In this document: positions 36,513 through 46,285 of the stretch, piece by piece
Layout of the letters: each line of letters opens with the position of its first letter
Numbering within the stretch: the stretch's first letter is position 1
From: Desulfosudaceae bacterium
GTDB taxonomy: Bacteria; Desulfobacterota; Desulfobacteria; Desulfobacterales; Desulfosudaceae
NCBI GenBank assembly: GCA_963674745.2
Contig: CAXXDV010000003.1
Span: forward strand, 224,001-288,000
Reading direction: 5' to 3'
DNA length: 64,000 nt
Made by a program: the position numbers and the translations under genes
Notes under the pieces: model-generated
What the model was told of the DNA's origin: nothing
The model's input: only the letters and a program-made list of their open reading frames with translations
Databases searched by the model: none

Positions 36513-37880
36513 TTATTTCGGCGATAAGTTAATCGTCAAACCGTCCCGGGTGGGTGTAAAAACCGGGGTCAGGGCTTGACTGGTTCTCAAATCCGCGACA
36601 ATTCTCAGTTTATCCGCATGTTGTCCGAGTCTTACGCGGCTGATATAACCGGTGGCCACCTTTTTCTCCAGAAACGGCGGCTTTTCCCATTCGCCCGGTA
36701 AATCAATGACCAGCCTGGGCGGGCTTGAAAGCGGAAAAGATTTATATTCCCCAACAGGGCCGTTTGCCATGATCTTTACCTGAAGCGAATCGCCGGTTTT
36801 TCTAAAATCAATATCAGACAGTTTATGCACCATGTTCGGGTCAGCCACGATGGTGGCCGCTGCCGGTGGTTTTGGGGCAGGCGGTGCGGCCGGTGTCGGT
36901 TTTGGAGGAGTTGGCTTTACGGGCTGTGCCTGTGTCGTTACAGGTTCGGCGGGTTGAGCTGGAGCAGTAGTGGTTGAGGTCGGCGGGATCTCTCTGGCCG
37001 CGGGTTCCGGAGATGGTTTCGTTTTAACCACAAGTTTTGGCCGGGACGTGGGCACAGGGCTGGTCGTCGGTGTCGGTATGGACCTGGACGCGGGAGCCGG
37101 TTTGGCTGCAGGTTTTGGCCTGGCTGTGGGTTTGGGCTCGACCGCAGGCGCAGGCGTGGAGACTGTTGCGATGGGTTGGCCCGAATCTTTAGAGGATGCC
37201 ATTCGGGGTTCGCCGGGTTGTTTCTGCAGGAGCAACACGATCACAACCACCAGTGCCACCAGAACCAGCGACAGCACGACAACCATGCCGATTAAAGGTC
37301 CTTTTTTGCCGGCTTTTTTCTTTTTGGCCGGTTTCATTTTGCTTTTTTTGGGGGCCGGCTCTTCTTCCTCCTCGTCCTCCTCTTCCTGGTCCTCCTCCTC
37401 TTCTTCCTCAAGCTCGGAGAAATCAGCCAGGTCTTCAATCTCCGGAACCGCTATTTTCTTTTTCGGCGTTTCTTTTTTAACGGGTTGCGGGGCTTCTTCT
37501 TCCACTTCCTCCATTTCTAATTCCACTTCGAGTTCTTCAGGGTCTTCTGTTACCGCTTCTGTATCATCCCCGTCTAACTCGAGTTCAAAGTCATTCGGAG
37601 AACTGTTGCTTTCTTTTGGCGGGTCTTTATATTCTGCGGCAGGCGTTTCGCCGGATTCCTCAGAAATAAACGTATAATCGTCATCCTCATCGTTGCCCTC
37701 CATACCGGGAGGCGACAATGAAATGGTTTCTTCATCTTCAGGTGCCTGCCGGACGATGGTGCGTTCTGTCAATTCGAGAATTTCCCAATCATCATCCATG
37801 GACATCATCTCGCTCAGTTCTTCAGTCGCTTCCGGCTTGCCTTTTTTGGAATCCTGATCGGGCTTCTTTTTTTTTGCCAT
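36513..37880 (-). CDS. Bitopic membrane protein: acidic disordered N-terminus, TM, Pro/Thr linker, C-terminal AMIN domain
   Basis: Poly-Glu tracts, Lys patch, one TM helix, PPRLVIDL...VRLGQH..KLRIVADL; GGGGAG RBS before ATG 37880. Confidence 0.85.
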   Translation of the reverse strand: MAKKKKPDQDSKKGKPEATEELSEMMSMDDDWEILELTERTIVRQAPEDEETISLSPPGMEGNDEDDDYTFISEESGETPAAEYKDPPKESNSSPNDFELELDGDDTEAVTEDPEELEVELEMEEVEEEAPQPVKKETPKKKIAVPEIEDLADFSELEEEEEEDQEEEDEEEEEPAPKKSKMKPAKKKKAGKKGPLIGMVVVLSLVLVALVVVIVLLLQKQPGEPRMASSKDSGQPIATVSTPAPAVEPKPTARPKPAAKPAPASRSIPTPTTSPVPTSRPKLVVKTKPSPEPAAREIPPTSTTTAPAQPAEPVTTQAQPVKPTPPKPTPAAPPAPKPPAAATIVADPNMVHKLSDIDFRKTGDSLQVKIMANGPVGEYKSFPLSSPPRLVIDLPGEWEKPPFLEKKVATGYISRVRLGQHADKLRIVADLRTSQALTPVFTPTRDGLTINLSPK

Positions 37881-38106
37881 ATTCTCCCCCATGGCGGAAA
37901 GGTTAGAATCTTGGTAATTAATTAAATATATCTTGTTTGACATAAAAAGTCTAATAATTTTCGTCAATGTATGCCCACGGTGGTCGTTTCGGTTTAAAAA
38001 GTCGCGCCAGGAAAAGCGGCAGAATATGTATTTACTTGATTTTTAAGGCACAAGACGGAAAGATGAACATTTTTTAATGTAACCAGGTGGTTGACCTGTT
38101 TCTGTG

Positions 38107-38295
38107 TTAAGTAGCAGAATGCGGGTTAAAACAGGAGATACTTTCGGCCAGAACGGTGCGGACTTTATCGAGCATAAGACACTTTTCAAAGCAGGCCGGG
38201 AACTCGTTTTTTCTCTCACAATCCCGGCATGGGCTTTTAACAAAATAGCCGACTTCAAAATCAAACTTCGATCTGTTTGCTGTTATTTCATACAT
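38107..38295 (-). CDS. Small Cys-rich hypothetical protein
   Basis: 62 aa, KSPCRDC..FPAC...C pattern suggests metal binding. Confidence 0.6.
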   Translation of the reverse strand: MYEITANRSKFDFEVGYFVKSPCRDCERKNEFPACFEKCLMLDKVRTVLAESISCFNPHSAT

Positions 38296-38375
38296 AGTTA
38301 ATATTTATCACAGGATTTTCTAAAAGTAAAATTACTATAATTGGATCCTTTCCAATTCCCTTGACCCCTCAACCC

Positions 38376-39581
38376 CTATTCGTTATTCATGGCCTCGGCC
38401 AGTACCGAGACCGGGTGCTTGACCGGATACCGGGTGTTGGCTTCAATCTGCCATTTGCAGGTTTCACAATCGGTGATGACAATGTCGGGATTGACCTGGT
38501 TGATCTGATCAAAAAGATGTTGCCCGATCTGTTGGCCGATATCGTGAAATTCTTTTTTAAAACCGTAGGTGCCGGCGATACCGCAGCATTCTGAATGCAG
38601 CACGACCAGGTTCAGGCCGGGAATGGCTTTTAATACCGCTATGGTATGGATCATTCCACCGGTCCGATCCAAATGACAGGGCGAATGATAGGCCGCCGTC
38701 AGGTTGACCGGTTGCATGGGCGGCAGGTTGTTGTTTTTAATTTCCCGGTGCAGAAACTTGGTGATGAATTCCAGCCGGTCGTCAATGGCGCCGGTATCCA
38801 TGGACAACAGGTGGGGATAGTCCTGCTTGACGGTCAGGACACATGAGGAAGACGAAAAAACGATTTTCATGTCTGAATCATCGCTGACGGCGCGGCGCAG
38901 GCTGGTAATGTTGAAAGCCGCATTTTTTCTGACTTGCGTAAAATTGCCGGCAGCAATCAGCGGTACGCCGCAGCACTTCTGGGGTGGCGTTAGCACACCG
39001 ATGCCCATGGCATTGAGCACGGCAATAACGCTTTTTCCCAGGGCATGGTCATAATAATTGACATAACAGCCGTGGAAATATACCACTTTCCGGGGAAATG
39101 CCTGTTGTTCCTGATGACGTGTTGTGTTGCCGGCCGTGAATGTGCCCCGGTCGAATTCGGGCATGGAGGCTTTATCGCTGATCCCCATGAACAGACTCAA
39201 CAAAAATTTGGTCACCTTCAGTTTGATAAGCGGGTTGACCATCAGGGAAAAGGTTGCTGCCAGCCGGCCGGTGATGTCCGTGCGGGTCAGAAAAAAATCC
39301 CGCAGGCGGTGCTTTTTTTTCAGGCGGATGTTCCTGGCCCGGTAGATAAAATCGGTTATCCGGACGCCCGAGGGGCAGACGGTTTCACACCGTTTGCAGT
39401 TGTTACAGTAAGACAGCGACTGGTCAATCAGAAACGGTGATTTAATGCGCATCCGTTCCGCGTCCGGGCCGGAATACTTGGGGCCGGGATAAAGGTCCGT
39501 GGCTCTGGCAACCGGGCAATAAGCCGTGCATATGGTGCACTTGATGCAGCAGTCAAAGCTGGTATTGTCGAGGTTGATCAT
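38376..39581 (-). CDS. glpC: Anaerobic glycerol-3-phosphate dehydrogenase subunit C
   Basis: CIKCTICTAYCP, YPGPK..GPD.ER.R, CNNCKRCETVCP, two CCG domains, ECCGIAGTYGFK. Confidence 0.95.
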   Translation of the reverse strand: MINLDNTSFDCCIKCTICTAYCPVARATDLYPGPKYSGPDAERMRIKSPFLIDQSLSYCNNCKRCETVCPSGVRITDFIYRARNIRLKKKHRLRDFFLTRTDITGRLAATFSLMVNPLIKLKVTKFLLSLFMGISDKASMPEFDRGTFTAGNTTRHQEQQAFPRKVVYFHGCYVNYYDHALGKSVIAVLNAMGIGVLTPPQKCCGVPLIAAGNFTQVRKNAAFNITSLRRAVSDDSDMKIVFSSSSCVLTVKQDYPHLLSMDTGAIDDRLEFITKFLHREIKNNNLPPMQPVNLTAAYHSPCHLDRTGGMIHTIAVLKAIPGLNLVVLHSECCGIAGTYGFKKEFHDIGQQIGQHLFDQINQVNPDIVITDCETCKWQIEANTRYPVKHPVSVLAEAMNNE

Positions 39582-40915
39582 GACCCGTCCCTGTCCTCCG
39601 GATGTGTCTTGTCACGCACATGGGCGGCGATCTGTTTGGCCGCTTTGTAGCCGGTGGTAATGGCCACGCCCCCGCCGCTGCCCTCACTGACCGGGTTGTA
39701 GCCCGAAAGTACCGCACCGGCACAGTAAAGATTGGTGACGGTCCGGCCGGAAGCGGTTTCGGGGCTCAAGTTGCCGTCGGTCTTCACGCCGGCCCGGAGA
39801 AAGTCGTGACTTTTGGGGGAAAAAAATGTCTCTGCGGACAGGGCCGTACAGTCGGGGGGGATATCCAGCCGGCAGTCAAACACCGGTTCGGTCATGCGGC
39901 CGTAGCGGCTGGCCAGCCCTTTTGAAAAAAAACTGCCGCTGGCCAGAACATAACAGGCGGCCCTGATATCGTCCTCCTGGTTTTGGGTATGGACAGAAAC
40001 GACCCGGTCATTTTCAACAATTCCGCTTTCGATGGTTTCACTGGCGATAAAGATTCCCCCCTGGGCGGTGAAGCGGGATTTGAGGGCGTTGTCCAGTCGC
40101 ATGCCCAGGATGGACGGCGGCAGTGTGGGGATTTCGTAAATCAGCCGGTCGGTTGCCCGGCGCAGTTCATCCACTATTTCCGGGTAGCGGTTTAAACCGA
40201 GAAAGGCCGGTAACGCAATGATATCGGATTTTCCGGCTGCTACGGCAATGGCCCGGGCCACATCCTGCAGGTCTGCCGCGGCATCCAGGATCCGGGCCAC
40301 GTCAACAGACCGCATATCCGCGGTACCGTAGGCGGCTGTTTTTTGACCGGGCAGTTCGATCTCGGCACAGGTGACGGGGCAATGGGAAAAAAGTTTGTGC
40401 CTGTTCAGGTTGGCCGCCGCCAGGACAGGATGAAAATCCCGGAAGCCCTTAATGTTCAAAATGGCGATGCACGGCTTTTTTTCAAACACGGTTTTGATTT
40501 CCCGGGTGAACACGCTGGCCGGGGAAAAGAAGGTCGGTTTCAGGGTGCCGACGGCGGTAACGTGAAAATGGTTATCGCGACTGTTGGAATGCAGCCGGAA
40601 TCCCTGTGTATCGGTTTCCCGCTGAAAGAAATCCATGGCTTCGACAACGTCGTCCAGGCCGCATTTGGTGTAAGGGTGTTCGGGATTGGCTTTGGTGAAA
40701 TCCGGCAGGGCCTCAATGGGAGAGAATACCACTTCCCGGCCCGGGTGATGACCCAGCAGGTCAATCGATCCGGATGAGAAATGGAGCGCGCTCATGCCCG
40801 AAGAGATGACGGCGCAGGAAAGCCCTTCGGCCAGGCACTTCAGTCCGCAGGTCAGTCCCGCCAGCCCCCCGCCGATGATGACGCAGTCGTAGTCATTCTC
40901 GTAAGCGATATTCAT
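39578..40915 (-). CDS. glpB: Anaerobic glycerol-3-phosphate dehydrogenase subunit B
   Basis: IIGGGLAG, SALHFSSGSIDLL, HPY, PTLPPSILGMRL, LASGSFFSKGL, GSGGGVA. Confidence 0.95.
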   Translation of the reverse strand: MNIAYENDYDCVIIGGGLAGLTCGLKCLAEGLSCAVISSGMSALHFSSGSIDLLGHHPGREVVFSPIEALPDFTKANPEHPYTKCGLDDVVEAMDFFQRETDTQGFRLHSNSRDNHFHVTAVGTLKPTFFSPASVFTREIKTVFEKKPCIAILNIKGFRDFHPVLAAANLNRHKLFSHCPVTCAEIELPGQKTAAYGTADMRSVDVARILDAAADLQDVARAIAVAAGKSDIIALPAFLGLNRYPEIVDELRRATDRLIYEIPTLPPSILGMRLDNALKSRFTAQGGIFIASETIESGIVENDRVVSVHTQNQEDDIRAACYVLASGSFFSKGLASRYGRMTEPVFDCRLDIPPDCTALSAETFFSPKSHDFLRAGVKTDGNLSPETASGRTVTNLYCAGAVLSGYNPVSEGSGGGVAITTGYKAAKQIAAHVRDKTHPEDRDGS

Positions 40916-41000
40916 AGTCTATATGTTAAGCCACAGTAAGTGTTAAGATTGTCGTTAAAGGCAAAGGGGTTTAAATTTTAAGGTTTTTATCGCTAATGCT

Positions 41001-41059
41001 GTAGGGGCGGCCCCCTGTGGCCGCCCGGAAAAAGGGCACCCACAGGGGGGTGCCCCTAC
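41001..41059. repeat. REP doublet inside the glp operon, flanked by inverted TTTTARGG arms
   Basis: gtaggggcggccccctgtggccgccc..gggcacccacaggggggtgcccctac. Confidence 0.85.
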
Positions 41060-41145
41060 AACATCAGCGGGCTGCGTCGAAAAATATAAAACATTCGTGT
41101 TAATACCCTAAAACCCTAAAACTTTAAAACCTAAAACGAGAAATT

Positions 41146-42797
41146 TTAAATTTCCTCCACCATTTCCACTCCGTCGCCTTCACCCGAAGATCCGGCCACG
41201 ATTTTTCCCATGCCGAACATGCCTTCGCATACCCAGTAGGCGAATTCAGCCTCCCGCAGCGTATCTCCCCACAGAACCGGGCGGATGCCTTTCCACCGTT
41301 CTTCTAAGAAATCGATCAACATTTTGGTGGCCTCACTGCCGTCCGTGCCTTTAAAATCAATAAACGCGCCGGCGCAGCGGTAGGCGCATAAAAGGCCCTG
41401 GCAGGGGCCCATGCCGATCCGGGTCCGGCGGCGCAGGTCCACGATATCGGTCACATTTAATTTATCAATCGCATAGGCCACTTCCCTGGCCGTGACCATT
41501 TCGCACTCGCAGATCAGGTTTTCATCCGCCCCGCCGCCTGCCAGAATGTCCCTGGCCCGCGTGCCGTGGCGGTAATAGGTGGATTCAATGACCGATTCAC
41601 CGAAGTGCCGCCGTCGTTTGATGAGCGCCGGTTGTTTCTCCGACCCGGGCAGGGGCAGGCGGTGGGTTTCGCATTTTTTGTCAACACCCAGCTTGGGGCA
41701 GGCCAGGTCGGTTGCCTGTTCAGCCATCAGCCGGTAGGTCATGAGTTTGCCGCCGGCAATGGTGATCAGATTATCCACCCCGTCCCGTTCTTTATGGTCC
41801 ACCAGCACGATGCCCCGGGTGATGTCCCGGCCGTAGGTGTCTTTGCCGGTGGCCACCAGCGGCCGGACACCGCAGAAGGCCCGCAACACACGGGTCTTCG
41901 ACAGGTTGGGCACCAGTTTTTCACCGTCATCCAGAAGGGTTTTTATCTCCTCCGGTGTCACCGTCAGATCTTCAATGGCGTCGTAAGGAATCTTCTGCGA
42001 GGTGGTGCCGATCAGCGAAACCGTATCCCCGGGAACAAGTATGTCCCCGTCACCCGGTTTGCGGCAGCGATTGATGACCACGTTGTTAATCCGGTAATCG
42101 AGGATGACCATGGCCCCTTTGGACGGGAACATGGCCAGTTCAATGCCCGCCAGTTGGCAGATCTGCTGCCCCCAGACACCGAGGCATTGATGATGATCCG
42201 GCCGTGGATCTCAAACTGACGGCCGGTTTTTCTGTCCAGACAGCGTACACCGGTGACCGTCGTTTGATTCATGATGAACGCTTCTACACGGCTGTGGGTT
42301 TTGACCCGGGCGCCGTGCTCGACCGCGTCGAGCACATTGGCGGATGCCAGGCGGAAAGGGTCGATGGTGGCGTCCGGTACGGCAATGGCCCGGGTGATGG
42401 CGGCGTTGAGGTTGGGCTCGCATTCAAGGGCCTGATCACGGGTGATCTCTTTGGCCCCAATACCGGTCCGGCGGCAGGCGTCCAGAAGCTGTTCATGATA
42501 TCGGGGGTCGTCGTCCGGCAGGGTGACAAACAGGCCGCCGGTATCTTCAATACAGTGCCGTGCGATGGCTTTTAGAATTTTGTTTTCGGAAATGCATTCC
42601 CTGGCCGATGTTTCGTCCTTGACGGCATATCTCGCTCCGGAATGCAGCAGCCCGTGATTCCGGCCGGTGGTGCCGGCCGCGAAGTCGTGTTTTTCAACCA
42701 GCACGCAATCGATACCCCTTAAGGCACAGTCCCTGAGGATGCCGCAACCGGTGGCCCCGCCGCCGATTATGATTGCGTCTGTTTCAATTCGTTCCAT
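41146..42797 (-). pseudogene. glpA: Anaerobic glycerol-3-phosphate dehydrogenase subunit A, split by a 1-nt deletion near 42180 (mutation or sequencing error)
   Basis: 5' ORF IIGGGATG..GTTGRNHGLLHSGARY; 3' ORF MFPSKG..CRKPGDGD..CECE..RRTRIGMGPCQG; one added base gives IINASGVWGQQICQLAGIELAMFPSKG. Confidence 0.88.
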
Positions 42798-43666
42798 CGC
42801 TGGTCGACTTCCTGCTGGATTTTTTCAATCTTGTCCTTCGACAGGGCCTTGAAACGTGACTGTCCGGACAGGTATTCTGTCACTGGTTTACGGTCTTTTT
42901 TAAGCAGCTTTTTTGACGCGTCGGTCAGGGTCAGGGTGTTGTTTTCAAATTCGTAAAGTTCGTACAGGCCGGATTCCACGGCCAGTTTGCCCATTTTTAC
43001 GGTCAGGCGCGGTTCAAATCCCCAGCCCGACGGGCAGGGCGTATGAATGTGAAAGTATTTGATGCCGGTCAGTGTTTTGGCCTTTATCAGCTTGTTATAA
43101 AAATCCAGCGGGTATGAGGCCGAACAGGAGGCCACGTAGGTAACGTCGTGGGCGGCGATGATTTTGGCCACATTTTTTCGCTGCTGGGGTTTACCGCTGA
43201 TGGGCGTGGTGGTGGTCAGGGCCCCGGCCGGGGTGGTGCCGGACCGCTGGATGCCGGTGTTCATGTATGCTTCGTTATCATAACAGAAGTAGATGAAGTT
43301 TTCATTCCGTTCACAGGCCCCGGACAGGGCCTGGATGCCGATGTCGCTGGTTCCGCCGTCGCCGGCCCAGGCCGCGACAATGGTGTCTTCCTGCTTGCGG
43401 GCCCGGAGTGCGGCCTGCACGCCCGAGGCGGCAGCAGCCGTGGAGGCGAAGGTGACGTTCAAACAGGGCAGCTGGGTGGCCGCAATGGGATAAAGCCCCT
43501 GAAGCACCGTCAGGCAACTGGGCGGCACCACCAGGATGGTGTTCCGGCCCAGGGCTTTGAGCCCGATGCGGTAAATCAGGGAAAGGCCGCATCCGGAGCA
43601 GGCCCGATTACCGGGATGGACCAGTTCTTCAACCGGCAGGTCTATGGCTTTTGTAACAGTGGTCAT
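42767..43666 (-). CDS. porB: 2-oxoacid:ferredoxin oxidoreductase beta subunit (TPP-binding)
   Basis: ACSGCG, GDGGTSDIG, YDNEAYMNTGIQRS, PCPSGW. Confidence 0.9.
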   Translation of the reverse strand: MTTVTKAIDLPVEELVHPGNRACSGCGLSLIYRIGLKALGRNTILVVPPSCLTVLQGLYPIAATQLPCLNVTFASTAAAASGVQAALRARKQEDTIVAAWAGDGGTSDIGIQALSGACERNENFIYFCYDNEAYMNTGIQRSGTTPAGALTTTTPISGKPQQRKNVAKIIAAHDVTYVASCSASYPLDFYNKLIKAKTLTGIKYFHIHTPCPSGWGFEPRLTVKMGKLAVESGLYELYEFENNTLTLTDASKKLLKKDRKPVTEYLSGQSRFKALSKDKIEKIQQEVDQRWNELKQTQS

Positions 43667-43678
43667 AATATCTAATCC

Positions 43679-44881
43679 TTAATTTATATCTGATAGTCCT
43701 ATCCATTGCGGCGATTCGGCGCTGGCGGTTTCCGGGTCGGCGCAAAATTCGTTCAGGGCGTTCTGCAGATCGGCGGTTGTTATGGTTCGGCCGCCCAGGC
43801 CCACGATGCAATTGTGCAGGCAGGGCCGACGGGGTCGGTTATACAGGGCGGCTTTGATTTCACCGGCCAGAGGGCCTTCATATCCGTAGCTGATGGCTTT
43901 TTCAAAAACCAGCACACCCCGGGCATTCTCCAGGGCCCCGGCAACTTCTTCCGCGGGAAAGGGCCGGTAAACACGCAGGGCAATCACCCCCACCTTGACG
44001 GATTTTACCCGCAGGGTGTCCACCACCTTTCTCAGCTGCCGGGAGAGCGATCCCAGGCAGATGGTGATAAACTCGGCATCTTCACAACAATAGGCCTCAT
44101 AAAAGGGATTTACTTCCCGGTTGAACTCGGCCGAAAAGTCTTTGGCCGTCTGTTCGATGACGGTCAGGGCCCGCCTTTGATCCTGCTGCAGGTTATGCCG
44201 GATTTCCATGTAAGCCGGGGCCGTGTCTCCCCTGACATCCGGTCGGGTGTAAGGCAGAGTGACCGTGTTCAGGTTCATGGGGGATGACGGATCGAGCAGG
44301 ACATCGGGCGCTGAATCGGCCAGAAAAGTGTCGACTTTTTCCTGGTCCGGTATCTCAAAGGGCATGTAGGTATGAGACAACAGGTAACCGTCGTAACAGA
44401 CCATAATGGGGATACGGACGGTTTCGGCGATACGGAAGGCCTGGATGACGGTATCGATGATCTGCTGGTGATTGGCGGCGTGAATCTGGATCCAGCCGGT
44501 GTCCCGCTGGGACATTGAATCCTGGTGGTCGTTCCAGACCGACCAGGGCGCGCCCACGCCCCGGTTGGCAACGCACATGACGATGGGCAGACGCGCACCC
44601 GCGGCCCAGTGAATCTGTTCGTGCATGTAGAGCAGGCCGTTGGCACTGGTGGCGGTAAAAGCCCGGGTGCCGGCGCTGGAAGCGGCGATGCACACGGACA
44701 GGGCGCTGTGTTCACTTTCCACCGGAATGTATTCGGCGGCCATTTCACCGGAGGCCACAAATTCGGAAAGCTTTTCGGTCAGCGGCGTCTGAGGGGTTAT
44801 GGGATAAGCCGCGATAACCTGTGTCCGGGCCAGTTTGACGCCGGTGGCCGCGGCCGTGTTCCCTGTTTCAATGCAATGCAT
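43679..44881 (-). CDS. porA: 2-oxoacid:ferredoxin oxidoreductase alpha subunit
   Basis: AAYPITPQT, ESEHSA, TATSANGL, NDHQD, RPFP, GLGGR. Confidence 0.9.
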   Translation of the reverse strand: MHCIETGNTAAATGVKLARTQVIAAYPITPQTPLTEKLSEFVASGEMAAEYIPVESEHSALSVCIAASSAGTRAFTATSANGLLYMHEQIHWAAGARLPIVMCVANRGVGAPWSVWNDHQDSMSQRDTGWIQIHAANHQQIIDTVIQAFRIAETVRIPIMVCYDGYLLSHTYMPFEIPDQEKVDTFLADSAPDVLLDPSSPMNLNTVTLPYTRPDVRGDTAPAYMEIRHNLQQDQRRALTVIEQTAKDFSAEFNREVNPFYEAYCCEDAEFITICLGSLSRQLRKVVDTLRVKSVKVGVIALRVYRPFPAEEVAGALENARGVLVFEKAISYGYEGPLAGEIKAALYNRPRRPCLHNCIVGLGGRTITTADLQNALNEFCADPETASAESPQWIGLSDIN

Positions 44882-44949
44882 GGCGATTGACTCCGTTCGT
44901 ATTTAATAAGTTATAATTTTTCTAAACTTGTCAGTAAAAGAATAAAAGC

Positions 44950-45170
44950 CTTAAGGGTTGAGTTGTTTAGGGGTTGAGTCGTTGAGGGCTTTTTTATTCA
45001 AATACCTCAACCCCTCAACCCCTCAACCCCTCAACAACTCAACAACTCAACTTCTTTACGCTTGCCTCCTCGAACCCTGAACCCAGAACCTTGACAAAAG
45101 GGCACGGCACGCCGTGCCCCTACGACATTTGCGAACGACCGGTGAACCTCGAACCTCGAACCCTGAACCT
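44950..45170. repeat. Composite repeat: GGTTCRR array plus REP (minus strand) and inverted GGGTTGAG/CTCAACCC arms
   Basis: gaacctc arrays, REP at 45100-45123, (ccctcaac)n at 45005-45050 versus gggttgag at 44955-44990. Confidence 0.8.
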
Positions 45171-45466
45171 CAAACCTCCTCTTCCGTCTCATTGACCATG
45201 ATAATGGCACCGGCCGGGCATTCTTCGGCACAGATACCGCAACCCTTGCAGTATTCAAAATCAAATGTCGGCGGTATGGTCCGGGTGATAACCCCTTCCG
45301 GACAATACATCCAGCACAGAAAACAGACCTCTTTGTTCGATTTGGCCGGAAGGCATTTGCTGGTATCAAGCACCGGCCGCTCCACCCGCCAGGAACCGGT
45401 ATGGCCGGCATCGCCGGGGCCGGGCTCACTGTGGGAAATTTGTTCTGCGAATTTATTTTTCTTCAT
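45170..45466 (-). CDS. porD: 2-oxoacid:ferredoxin oxidoreductase delta subunit (2x[4Fe-4S])
   Basis: TGSWRVERP, CFLCWMYCPEG, YCKGCGICAEECP. Confidence 0.92.
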   Translation of the reverse strand: MKKNKFAEQISHSEPGPGDAGHTGSWRVERPVLDTSKCLPAKSNKEVCFLCWMYCPEGVITRTIPPTFDFEYCKGCGICAEECPAGAIIMVNETEEEV

Positions 45467-46035
45467 TTCTTTTCTCCAACAATCGTGGCGTCAAAAGCCA
45501 GTCGGGCTGATTCGACATTTTTGGCGGCATGTTTTCCTTTGAACTCTTTTCCGATAGCGTCCAGCAGGGGGGCGATCTGCACCAGCCCGGTGGCTTTGGC
45601 AAAGGCGCCGATAATGCCGGAATTAACGATGCCCCGGGGCAGGCCCGCCTGCACGGCGATTTCTCCGATGTCGGCCACGGCTGTTACCGCGCCGGGAAAG
45701 GGAAACTCGTCGGGTTGTTTAGGGGTGTTGATGATCACCATGCCGCCCGGTTTGATGCCGGCCGCGGCCGCGGCTTCATCAAACAGCCGCTCATCGAGCA
45801 CCACCACGATATCGGGCTGCTCGATGGGGGAAAGGTCATAGACCTCTTCTTTGGATAGTTTTAATGAGGTAAATACCGGTGCGCCCCTTCTTTCGGTACC
45901 GAAAGTGGGGATCATGGCCACGCCCGGAAATCCCGAGGCAAAAGCCACGCCGGCCACGATCTTGGCCGCGGTGATGGCGCCCTGGCCGCCGCGTCCGTGC
46001 CAGCGGATGTCGAGTTCGTTTTTGTTCATGTTCAT
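45463..46035 (-). CDS. porC: 2-oxoacid:ferredoxin oxidoreductase gamma subunit
   Basis: IRWHGRGGQGA, PTFGTERRGAPV. Confidence 0.92.
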   Translation of the reverse strand: MNMNKNELDIRWHGRGGQGAITAAKIVAGVAFASGFPGVAMIPTFGTERRGAPVFTSLKLSKEEVYDLSPIEQPDIVVVLDERLFDEAAAAAGIKPGGMVIINTPKQPDEFPFPGAVTAVADIGEIAVQAGLPRGIVNSGIIGAFAKATGLVQIAPLLDAIGKEFKGKHAAKNVESARLAFDATIVGEKK

Positions 46036-46089
46036 TTATGTGTCCTGTATTTGTTTGTTAATCCTTTTTTGAATTCAATTGTTCAATCC

Positions 46090-46225
46090 GGTTTTAAGGT
46101 TTTAGAGTTTTAGGGTTTTATGTGATTAAGTTTTTATGTGGTTATGGGATTGGGGATCAACCGCTTCAATTCTTTACCTAAACCTTAAAACTCTAAAACT
46201 CTAAAACCCTAAAACCCTAAAACCT
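46090..46225. repeat. Inverted TTTTAGGG/CCCTAAAA microsatellite arms
   Basis: ggttttaaggttttagagttttagggtttt ... aaaactctaaaactctaaaaccctaaaaccctaaaacc. Confidence 0.8.
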
Positions 46226-46285
46226 TTCCCTTCATTCCGCGGCACAGCGCTTAGTTATTTCCAAGACTGGCCCCGTAGGCAGTTG

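Noticed and set aside
46090..46225. Eukaryotic telomere contamination (TTTTAGGG)
   Set aside because: Arrays are short, degenerate and embedded in continuous bacterial operons
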